Assembly (NCBI RefSeq): GCF_031769215.1
Contig: NW_026782224.1
Span: 620,001-684,000 of the forward strand
Direction: 5' to 3'
Length of the DNA stretch: 64,000 bases
Source: Ylistrum balloti
Taxonomy: Eukaryota
Shown here: piece after piece, positions 49,768-60,879 of the stretch
Layout of the letters: the number at the start of each line of letters is the position of its first letter
Position numbering within the stretch: the stretch's first letter is position 1
The notes under the pieces: generated by a model
Databases searched by the model: none
Seen by the model: the letters and a program-made list of their open reading frames with translations, nothing else
What the model was told of the DNA's origin: nothing
Made by a program: the position numbers and the translations under genes

Positions 49768-49916
49768 GTCACATCTCCTTTTATTTATTTTTTTAGTAAC
49801 ATTTTCTAAATAGCCATTTTTATAATCTGGTCTCATATTTGGTAACGTTGAAACAGTATGATAAATACAGAGAAAAGTGATAACAATGTTTTAATTCAAT
49901 GTTATTATACTTACAG

Positions 49917-51683
49917 CCTCATGACGAAATGATAAGAGATGATTTGCATACTGGAGCAACCGGAAGCTATCAAAATGCCTCTAATTTGGGAATGTACCAC
50001 GTGACTGTCAACTTAACGACGACGAACAGCAACAATGATACGTTAAGGCTCTCTACCGGAAAGTCAAGCAACGCCTCAGCTCCTGTACTTTTTGGTTCGG
50101 AAGAATGGTATCGCCAACAGCAAGCACAGTTCTATCAATCTTACGATCCTAGTGTCGGTTACAACACCGCAGCAGTTCTCGGTGGCATGTTAGTACTACT
50201 AGTTATATATGTATTCTACCGGACTAAAGTTAGAAAGCATTTAATAAATCTGGTCAGACACATCAAGGCACAGTACAAACTAAAACACCAAGCCGAATAC
50301 GGTGCTCCGGAGTCTGCCGAACAAATGACATATTCATTCGGAAACGGACCTCCAACCTCAGACGGAAATGACAACTGCGATGGTAACAACGCCGCTCAAA
50401 GTGAGATTAAATCGAAAGGTTCCAACATCCCGGTTCAGTTTCTCAGTTTTGACAGTGGTACGTTATCCGAGCATGCCAACACCGTCGGTGCTTGTAACAG
50501 GGATGAGATATTGAGGAGAGTTCGGCCTACCATATCATTTGACCGACAGCATTCTGAGGATGAATCGAAACAACTTCCCGTTGTTGTCATGGACATGGAA
50601 ATAGCCACAGCTGACTGGGTACAAAAACAACATCAATTACAACATCAGTTTCTTAGTCCGGGTGGAATCATTTTGAAAGTGAAATCAGACACCATATGTC
50701 CACCCAACAACGATAGCTACCCATCCGCCCAAACGTTACATCCTAATGCTAAGTGTTGTGCTAACCGTCAGTGCTTAAATGCCAGGCGACGACAATACAG
50801 TTGTGGTGCCCGTTCACATTATTCTTTGGATCTTAATAAAAGCATGCCGTTTTTGGAAGTTAGTGATCCTACTTTGAAAGGGATAGAGCCATGTCTCCAT
50901 GGTAACCGTAGGAAAGTACAACTTAAAGCCACAAAATTTCCAAGTGTTTCATCGGAACCAAAAACTCCTCTATTGATTAAATGTACAAAATTTTCAAGTT
51001 TGTCATCCGAACCAGTGCGGTCGGGGCGACCATCAGATCTCACGTCACAGCCTAGCCAAGACAGTGGACAACGCACGCCCATATGTCGCACCCCTCAACC
51101 GCAGACACCTGTACCACGCTCGCCCCTACCGCAACGACCACATACATTAGTGAAACAGCATACATTGACACTTCCGGTACAGCAGCACACTTTAACAGTG
51201 CCGTCACAAAAACTTAACCCGCCATCACCTCATCTCTTACGACCACCACCTCTACAGCACCGATCCCTACAGGCACCGTGTCATAAAATGACGCCATCAT
51301 CTCAAAAACACACTACCCCTCAACACATTACGCCAATTATAAAGATTCAGAATTATGATAAATCACAACGAAGAACGAACTCAGTGTCGAGAAACGAAAG
51401 TGTTGACCATGATTCGGTAAGCTCTAGTTCGTCAGAGGACGCCCAAATCTACCGTATACCGGCCGAACAGTGGCAGTCCCCTAGACCTCCTCGAAGGGGC
51501 ATACTCGTACGGGAAAACGCCGTGACGAGTCTAAGTGCCTGTCCTGTTTGTGATAAGATTCAAAGTTCCCGATCTCCACGGAAACAAGTTAGCCTGGACA
51601 CAGGTTTCCACCAACTTCGCCTCCCCTCTCCCACACCAGGGTCGAACTCGCATCATGTGTCCAACATGGAGACTCCATTATAA
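49917..51683 (+). CDS. Single large coding exon of an uncharacterised single-pass membrane protein (~585 aa)
   Basis: 594-codon non-repetitive ORF in otherwise stop-rich DNA. Its first codons (TTATTATACTTACAG) are a good splice acceptor, so the real start is probably ATG 49929 or 49992, or lies in an upstream exon. Four N-glycosylation sequons (NAS, NLT, NDT, NAS) precede a TM helix TAAVLGGMLVLLVIYVFY (~50166-50219) followed by RTKVRK; the tail is Ser/Pro/Gln-rich and ends ETPL. Confidence 0.9.
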   Translation, partial: PHDEMIRDDLHTGATGSYQNASNLGMYHVTVNLTTTNSNNDTLRLSTGKSSNASAPVLFGSEEWYRQQQAQFYQSYDPSVGYNTAAVLGGMLVLLVIYVFYRTKVRKHLINLVRHIKAQYKLKHQAEYGAPESAEQMTYSFGNGPPTSDGNDNCDGNNAAQSEIKSKGSNIPVQFLSFDSGTLSEHANTVGACNRDEILRRVRPTISFDRQHSEDESKQLPVVVMDMEIATADWVQKQHQLQHQFLSPGGIILKVKSDTICPPNNDSYPSAQTLHPNAKCCANRQCLNARRRQYSCGARSHYSLDLNKSMPFLEVSDPTLKGIEPCLHGNRRKVQLKATKFPSVSSEPKTPLLIKCTKFSSLSSEPVRSGRPSDLTSQPSQDSGQRTPICRTPQPQTPVPRSPLPQRPHTLVKQHTLTLPVQQHTLTVPSQKLNPPSPHLLRPPPLQHRSLQAPCHKMTPSSQKHTTPQHITPIIKIQNYDKSQRRTNSVSRNESVDHDSVSSSSSEDAQIYRIPAEQWQSPRPPRRGILVRENAVTSLSACPVCDKIQSSRSPRKQVSLDTGFHQLRLPSPTPGSNSHHVSNMETPL

Positions 51684-51977
51684 CAGTGCGTGTCTATCAT
51701 ATTCCACACGTGCTTGGTTTCATAAGCATAACAACTACCAGAGCCCCGATCCCGATTATTGGAATATACATGCATTAATGTATATTAACACAGTTTTTCA
51801 GCATGTTCACGAACGTCAAGCCTTTTTTCCAAATTGTACCGAACGTCAATATTTCAGGTAGCTGAAACTTTTACTTAAATAACATTTTCCGGATTATATA
51901 AGACGTTTTTATTCCACTGGTTCGCATCGATTACAATTTAAGAAAACTACAATTGAAATGCAAAGATAAATTCAAAA

Positions 51978-51983
51978 AATAAA
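51978..51983 (+). terminator. Candidate polyadenylation signal AATAAA
   Basis: Canonical hexamer ~295 nt after the stop codon, followed by T/GT-rich sequence. Confidence 0.35.
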
Positions 51984-52450
51984 TATGTCATTTTCTGTGT
52001 TTCCACCTCGGTATTTAATCAGGGATTTATGGTAATCGTGACACTGATAATTGTATACTTCCATTTAATTTGGTGATTGAAATCGGGAATGCAGCATTAA
52101 TTTTATCCGCTTATGAAACCCAAACACTGTCCCCATGGTCCCTAAATGGTCCCTGTTGGTCGCGGACGGTTATACATTGTATAAATCAGGCGGACTGACT
52201 TGTTGGTAATTCACTAGAATGGTTCCTTGTGATCAGTGTTTTGATATTTTTGTATACCAGAGATGAGTTACATGTGTTGTAAGTGTTTATACGTCATTGT
52301 ATGTTTTAAGACACAAATGCGACTGTTCTCCTTGAGATCGATATCTTATAGATTTCATTTTTATTGCTTGTAGATTTTAAGTTTGTTTGATTTGTATACG
52401 ATTGTCTACAAGTAATAATTTAAATTATTTTAACTGGAGACATACAGTAG

Positions 52451-54780
52451 TCGTTCAGAAAGAGAAGTGACCGTTGAGATAACGAAGTGACCGTTGAGAT
52501 AAGGAAGTGACCGTTGAGATAATGAAATGACCGTTGAGATAACGAAGTGACCGTTGAGATAGGAAAGTGACCGTTGAGATAGGAAAGTGACCATTGAGAT
52601 AATGAAGTGACCGTTGAGATAACGAAGTGACCGTTGAGATAGGAAAGTGACCGTTGAGATAGGAAAGTGACCGTTGAGATAATGAAGTGACCGTTGAGAT
52701 AACGAAGTGACCGTTGAGATAGGAAAGTGACCGTTGAGATAGGAAAGTGACCGTTGAGATAAGGAACTGACCATTGAGATAGGGAAGTGACCGTTGAAAT
52801 AAGGAAGTGACCGTTGAGATAAGGAAGTGACCGTTGATATAGGGAAGTGACCGTTGAGATAGGGAAGTGGCCGTTGAGATAAGGAAGTGACCGTTGAGAT
52901 AGGGAATTGACCGTTGAGAGAGGGAAGTGACCGTGAAGATAGGAAAGTGACCATTGAGATAATGAAGTGACCGTTGAGATAACGAAGTGACCGTTGAGAT
53001 AGGAAAGTGACCATTGAGATAAGGAACTGACCATTGAGATAGGGAAGTGTCCGTCGAAATCAGGAAGTGACCGTTGAGATAAGGAAGTGACCGTTGATAT
53101 GGGGAAGTGACCGTTGAGATAAGGAAGTGACCGTTGAGATAAGGAAGTGACCGTTGAGATAGGGAATTGACCGTTGAGATAGAAAAGTGACCGTGGAGAT
53201 AGGAAAGTTACCGTTGAGATAAGGAAATAAACGTTGAGATAAGGAAGTGACTTTGAGATAAGGAAGTGACCGTTGAGATAAGGAAGCGACCGTTGAGATA
53301 ACGAAATGACCGTTGAGATAACGAAGTGACCGATGAGATAGAGAAGTGACCGTTGAGATAACTAAGTGACCGTTGAGAAGGAAGTGACCGATGAGATAAC
53401 GACGTGAACGATGAGATAAAGAAGGACTTTTGAGATAGGGAAGTGACCGCTGAGATAGGGAAGTGGTCGTTGAGATAAGAAAGTGACCGTTGAGATAAGG
53501 AAGTGACCGTTGATATAGGGAAGTGACCGTTGAGATAGGGAAGTAGCCGTTGAGATAAGGAAGTGACCGTTGAGATAGGGAAGTGACCGTTGAGAGAGGA
53601 AAGTGACCGTGGAGATAGGAAAGTGACCATTGAGATAATGAAGTGACCGTTGAGATAACGAAGTGACCGTTGAGATAGGAAAGTGACCGTTGAGATAAGG
53701 AACTGACCATTGAGATAGGGAAGTGACCGTTGAAATAAGGAAGTGACCGTTGAGATAAGGAAGTGACCGTTGATATGGGGAAGTGACCGTTGAGATAGGG
53801 AAGTGGCCGTTGAGATAAGGAAGTGACCGTTGAGATAAGGAAGTGACCGTTGAGATAGGGAATTGACCGTTGAGATAGGAAAGTGACCGTGGAGATAGGA
53901 AAGTTACCGTTGAGATAAGGAAATAAACGTTGAGATAAGGAAGTGACTTTGAGATAAGGAAGTGACCGTTGAGATAAGGAAGCGACCGTTGAGATAACGA
54001 AATGACCGTTGAGATAACGAAGTGACCGATGAGATAGAGAAGTGACCGTTGAGATAACTAAGTGACCGTTGAGATAAGGAAGTGACCGATGAGATAACGA
54101 AGTGAACGATGAGATAAAGAAGGACTGTTGAGATAAGGAAGTGACCGTTGAGATAGGGAAGTGGCCGTTGATATGGGGAAGTGACCGTTGAGATAAGGAA
54201 GTGACCGTTGAGATAAGGAAGTGACCGTTGAGATAGGGAAGTGACCGTTGAGATAAGGAAGTGACCGTTGAGATAAGGAAGCGACCGTGGAGATAACGAA
54301 ATGACCGTTGAGATAACGAAATGACCGTTGAGATAACGAAATGACCGTTGAGATAAGGAAGTGACCGTTGAGATAAGGAAGTGACCGTTGAGATAGGGAA
54401 GTGGCCGTTGAGATAAGGAAGTGACCGTTGAGATAGGGAAGTGACCGTTGAGATAAGGAAGTGACCGTTGAGATAAGGAAGCGACCGTGGAGATAACGAA
54501 ATGACCGTTGAGATAACGAAATGACCGTTGAGATAACGAAATGACCGTTGAGATAACGAAGTGACCGATGAGATAGGGAAGCTACCGTTGAGATAGTGAA
54601 GTGACCTTTGAGATAGGGAAGTGACCTTTGAAATAGGGAAGCTACCATTGTGATAGGGAAGTGACCTTTGAGACAGGGAAGTGACCTTTGAGATAGGGAA
54701 GCTACCGTTGAGACAGGGAGGTGACCTTTGAGATAAGGAAGCTATCGTTGAGATACGAAAGTGACCGTTGAGATAAGGAA
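52451..54780. repeat. 21-bp purine-rich minisatellite, ~110 copies, with block duplications
   Basis: Unit GAAGTGACCGTTGAGATAAGG; the rare variant AAGGAAATAAACGTTGAG recurs at ~53221 and ~53917. Explains the minus-strand ORFs at 52420-54648. Confidence 0.98.
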
Positions 54781-56559
54781 TGAACTACTGACTCTTGAAA
54801 CCTTAATATGTAAATTATAGGTTTAGTGATTATTGTCTTAGTATCAGTTGAAATTAATATTAGTACCTTGCGCTAAATAATGTGTACGCAATCAGTATGC
54901 TATATTGTCCTCAATAAAAGATGTCTTATTATGTTAGAGACTGATGTGGAGACTAAAGGACGGGATAATTTACAATAAGCTGTATCCTGCTTGGGATTCT
55001 GTGAACATGGTAGGTAATTAGTAGTATAAAGATGAATAAGGAACTCCCGACCAAATCTTAAACCTAGTCAAGATATTGTTTGTCTCGAACTATTAGTCCA
55101 GCTGGTACACGTTTTTATTGGAATAAAGTATTAATGTCCTTGACGATTTGTTGTACATTGTACAATGTATACAAACTTACAGTAAACATTATGTCCATCC
55201 GTTGGCTTTTAAACAAAGCAATTAAATGATATCTCCTCATTCAGGTATACGGTCCCCCATGTTTTTTTTATTGTTTGGCTATTTTCAATCCTTTTCTTAT
55301 CGATTTATTTATTGGTAGATATTGTTCAACCATATCTTCGTTCAACAATCCTCATTATTGTGTTTTTTTCTGAGCTGATAGGTACTCGTTTGACCAGCAA
55401 TTAGACACTATGTATTGTGTTAACGGAATCTTTCTCTGTAGCGTTTATAAACCTGGGACTATTTAAGATCTGCATTTTCTCTTTAGTGTTGCCTGCTTAC
55501 GCTTAAGACATATATTGCGGCAAGGTATGAATTGGTCACGATTTCGAACCCTTGAGTGTTACCGCTTTTAAACATTTCCGTTTTCAAAATTTTGTAGTGT
55601 AGTGTCCCTCTAATTTGATAATTTGATGGACGAAACCTTCAATGATTTAAATTCTGCAGGAGGGTCATTGTAGTTCTATGGCAGGAAGATTCACCGAAGG
55701 TACATTGTACCAGAATCTTGTTGACAGAAACAGGCCTTTTAATACAAATTAACACATATAATCATTTTTCCCTCCAGACAGTAGTTATCATGCATGAAAC
55801 TCAAGCCATTATAACTAATATATTTTCAGAGACATCTGTCGTAAATAACTTCCGATCAAAAAAAAAATTTAATTCAATTCAAAGATGTATTTTGGACAGA
55901 TATTATGTTTTTGATGTTAACCTACCGTCTCACATGGAGAAATACTTGGTCAGTATATCAAGGGAGGTTTCTTCGTTGTTAAATAATCCGAGATCATTCC
56001 GTTGGCATGAAGTATAAATGAAGCATATACATTGGCAAAATTGAATAAGAAAAAACTACATATATAAAGATTTCATTAAAAACTTCGGGACAAAACCGTT
56101 TAATGTTTAAAAGGAGCTCACAAACACAGCTATAGCTAAAACACACGCTACATAAATGACATGTTCCAGTGCTGATGGATTGAATGACGTGTCTAACATT
56201 CATGTTACCTCTCCGTTTGTCGGCTACCTCATTTCTCCTACAGTTTTAACAAAATTATGTATTTAGGGCAGATATTTGCTAACGATATCAGCTAAAGAGC
56301 CAGTTTTTTTTATTGAAAAGTCTATTAGTTTGTTGTGCTGTATAATGTTCTATGATATTTATGTATGTGTCTTATCCATATGCCAGAAGAACGTACATGT
56401 TCTAGATTTCCACTCAATTTAACGTTTTGAAATATAATTTGTGAAACTGCAGGAGATATGGATTACAACTTCAATCTATTGATTGGTGTTATAGATGTTA
56501 TTGCCAATGTTAAGTGATGGTTTACTGATGTTAGTAAGGTTAACAATTGTTTTGTATAA

Positions 56560-57130
56560 ACCGTACTTATCATCGTCAAAGATTATGTTTATATATAAAC
56601 TCTTTTTAACTATTGTTTATGTTACCGTTTCCATGAAACCATCGATGTTGCTAACTGTGGTTAGGTTTTCTTTATGTTATCGTTTCTATGGTAACTATAA
56701 ACAACGTTTAAATTATTTTGTTATTATTTGTATGGTTACCATAGACGACGATGTTAATAACTTCCGTGTGGTTAACTATTCTTTGCGTTAACGTTCCTGT
56801 AGTTATCATGGTCACTGATGTTACTAACTATCGTTAACTGTTCTTTACGTTATCGTTTCTATAGTTACCATGGTCACTGATGTTACTAACTATCGTTAAC
56901 TGTTCTTTACGTTATCGTTTCTATAGTTACCATGGTCACTGATGTTACTAACTATCGTTTACTATTCTTTGTGTTATCGTTCCTATAGTTACCATTATCG
57001 ATAATGTTAATAACTATGGTTAACTATTGGTTCCGTTATCGTTTCTCTGGTAACCATTATCGATGATGTTACGTACAGTGGATAACTATTGTTTACATTA
57101 TCGTTTCTATGGTTATCGTAAACAATGGTA
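56560..57130. repeat. 62-bp repeat: three near-identical central copies with degenerate flanking copies
   Basis: TTACTAACTA at 56821, 56883 and 56945. Confidence 0.88.
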
Positions 57131-57189
57131 CTAACTGTGTTATTGTTTGTGTTTATCTGTTTTGTGTTAAACTGTACAGTGGTCACTCA

Positions 57190-59815
57190 GTAACCATTGG
57201 TAAATGATGACGAGATGGATCTGTGTGTCTATAAACATTGGTAAATGATGGTGAGATAGGTCTGTGTGTCTATAAATATTGGTAAATGATGGTGAGATGG
57301 GTCGGTGTGTTTATAAACATTGGTAAATGATGGTGAGATGGGTCGGTGTGTCTATAAACAATGGTAAATGATGGTGAGATGGATCTGTGTGTCTATAAAC
57401 AATGGTAAATGATGGTGAGATGGGTCTGTGTGTCTATAAACATTGGTAAATGATGGTGAGATGGATCTGTCTGTCTATAAACATTGGTAAATGATGGTGA
57501 GATGGGTCTGTGTGTCTATAAACATTGGTAAATGATGGTGAGATGGGTCTGTGTGTCTATAAACATTGGTAAATGATGGTGAGATGGTTCTGTGTGTCTA
57601 TAACCATTGGTAAATGATGGTGATATGGATCTGTGTGTCTATAAACATTGGTAAATGATGGTGAGATGGATCTGTGTGTCTATAACCATTGGTAAATGAT
57701 GACGAGATGGATGTGTGTCTATAAACATTGGTAAATGATGGTGAGATGGGTCTGTCTGTCTATAAACATTGGTTAATGATGGTGAGATTGGTGTGTGTGT
57801 CTATAAACATTGGTAAATGATGGTGAGGTGGGTCGGTGTGTCTATAAACATTGGTAAATGATGGTGAGATGGGTCTGTGTGTCTATAAACATTGGTAAAT
57901 GATGGTGAGGTGGGTCTATGTGTCTATACCATTGGTAAATGATGACGATATGGGTCTGTGTGTCTATAAATATTGGTAAATAATGACGAGATGGGTCGGT
58001 GTGTCTATAAACATTGGTAAATGATGGTGACATGGGTCTGTGTGTCTATAAACATTGGTAAATGATGGTGAGATGGATCTGTGTGTCTATAAACATTGGT
58101 AAATGATGGTGAGATGAGTCTGTGTGTCTATAAACATTGGTAAATGATGGTGAGATGGATCTGTCTGTCTATAAACATTGGTAAATGATGGTGAGATGGA
58201 TCTGTCTGTCTATAAACATTGGTAAATGATGGTGAGATGGATCTGTGTGTCTGTAAACATTGGTAAATGATGGTGAGGTGGGTCTGTGTGTCTGTAAACA
58301 TTGGTAAATGATGGTGAGGTGGATCTGTCTGTCTCTAAACATTGGTAAATGATGGCGAAATGAGTCTGTGTGTCTGTAAACATTGGTAAATGATGGTGAG
58401 GTGGGTCTGTGTGTCTATAAACATTGGTAAATGATGGCGAGATGGGTCTGTGTGTCTATAAATATTGGTAAATAATGACGAGATGGGTCGGTGTGTCTAT
58501 AAACATTGGTAAATGATGGTGAGATGGATCTGTCTGTCTATAAACATTGGTAAATGATGGCGAGATGAGTCTGTGTGTCTGTAAACATTGGTAAATGATG
58601 GTGAGGTGGGTCTGTGTGTCTATAAACATTGGTAAATGATGGCGAGATAGGTCTGTGTGTCTATAAACATTGGTAAATGATGGTGAGATGGGTCTGTGTG
58701 TCTATAAATATTGGTAAATAATGACGAGATGGGTCTGTGTGTCTATAAACATTGGTAAATGATGGTGAGATTGGTGTGTGTGTCTATAAACATTGGTAAA
58801 TGATGGTGAGATGGATCTGTGTGTCTATAAACATTGGTAAATGATGACGAGATGGGTCGGTGTGTCTATAAACATTGGTAAATGATGGTGAGATGGGTCT
58901 GTGTGTCTATAAATATTGGTAAATAATGACGAGATGGGTCGGTGTGTTTATAAACATTGGTAAATGATGGTGAGATTGGTGTGTGTGTCTATAAACATTG
59001 GTAAATGATGGTGAGATGGATCTGTGTGTCTATAAACATTGGTGTGTGTGTCTATAAACATTGGTAAATGATGGTGAGATGGATCTGTGTGTCTATAAAC
59101 ATTGGTAAATGATGGTGAGATGGGTCTGTGTGTCTATAAATATTGGTAAATAATGACGAGATGGGTCGGTGTGTTTATAAACATTGGTTAGTAATGGTAA
59201 GATTGGTCTGTGTGTCTGTAAACATTGGTAAATGATGGTGAGATGATTCGGTGTGTCTATAAACATTGGTAAATGATTGTGAGATGAGTCTGTGTGTCTG
59301 TAAACATTGGTAAATGATGGCGAGATGAGTCTGTGTGTCTATAAACATTGGTAAATGATGGTGAAATGGGTCTGTGTGTCTGTAAACATTGGTAAATAAT
59401 GGTGAGATGGATCTGTGTGTCTGTAAACAATGGTAAATGATGGTGAGATGTATCTGTGTGTCTATAAACATTGGTTAATAATGGTAAGATGGGTGTGTGT
59501 GTCTGTAAACATTGGTAAATGATGGTGAGATGGATCTGTGTGTCTATAAACATTGGTAAATGATGGTGTGTGTGTCTGTAAACATTGGTAAATGATGGTG
59601 AGATGGATATGTGTGTCTAAAAACATTGGTAAATGATGATGAGATGAGTCTGTGTGTCTATAAACATTGGTTAATAATGGTAAGATGGGTGTGTGTGTCT
59701 GTAAACATTGGTAAATGATGGTGAGATGGATCTGTGTGTCTAAAAACATTGGTAAATGATGATGAGATGAGTCTGTGTGTCTGTAAACATTGGTAAAAGA
59801 TGGTGAGATGGATCG
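57190..59815. repeat. 41-bp minisatellite, ~64 copies
   Basis: Unit AAACATTGGTAAATGATGGTGAGATGGGTCTGTGTGTCTAT. Confidence 0.98.
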
Positions 59816-60879
59816 TGTTTAAATATATACGCTTCTCTGGTTGACCACTGTCAGAATGAAGTGTTTCATTGTCAATTCTACTCTGGTTACTCATTTTTTC
59901 TCTGTCTACTTTTATAATTACGTTAACAATACTTTCTGTTTCATTGCTGTACGTATCATTTAATGCCGCTTGTCTAGAATCATAACAACTTAATATACTC
60001 AGAATCCTGGCGTGTTGTATTTGATAATGGTAACACCTTAACGACCCTGCCAATAATACAACAAACTCTCTAATACGGATACAAACATACGGTTATTCGG
60101 AATTCCGAATTGTTCAGAATGCCATATCCTTTTACAGACTATCGAATCCTTGTCCAAAGTAATGAGACATTTTCTAGGGCAGCAACTCATAGTTCGGAAC
60201 ACCATTATTGTCTGGACTAGCAAGATCTAACTCATTGGGAGATAATCTCCACTTAATTGGTTATTTTTTTTTCAGTCAGAACAGAAGAGAAATAAGAACC
60301 AGCCTTGTTCAGTTCATTTGAAACTGCAGGATATACACTAAGTAAAAACGATTTGTGACGAAGACGCTGGTTTTAATTAATTCACAGCGTTGGAGCGAGT
60401 GAGTGTGGGAACAAGACATCTCTAAAGTGTTCGAGGTTATTTTCCCTATTATTTACAAATATAAGTTTGTCAAACAATGAAAATTAAAAGCGCCTGATTG
60501 TAAAACTGATATTGTGTCTTTCAGGATCTGTATGAATAAAACAAATGGCGATGATTATCGTGGATCTGCTCTTATGTTGTCATTCGATATTGGTATTATT
60601 ACAATCATTATCTACATGTAGATACCAAAAGTCTTGAAATATCTGAAAAAAATCCATAATGCTGATAACCACATAAACTAATGAAGCCATCTTTTAGATG
60701 AACAAACGTGTATTTTGCAAAAAAAAAAAATGATACAAATTTTAAAATAGAAAAATGATCAAATACTTTATCATTGAGCACAATAATCTTGAACTGTTCT
60801 GAGCTGTTTAAAGGTGTTACTAGGTTACCGCAATGCACTGTGGGAGATATTGACATCGGTGCACGTTAGCGGCAAATGA

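Noticed and set aside
50819-51861. ORFs 50819-51091 (-) and 51535-51861 (+)
   Set aside because: Shadow frames of the real coding exon.
52420-54648. Multiple ~200-aa minus-strand ORFs
   Set aside because: Translations of the 21-bp array, broken by frameshifting indels.
57842-60053. His/Thr-rich minus-strand ORFs and the similar ORFs at 30125-30834 and 63251-63682
   Set aside because: Products of 41-, 61/51- and 40-bp arrays whose periods are not multiples of three; they cycle through frames and stops.
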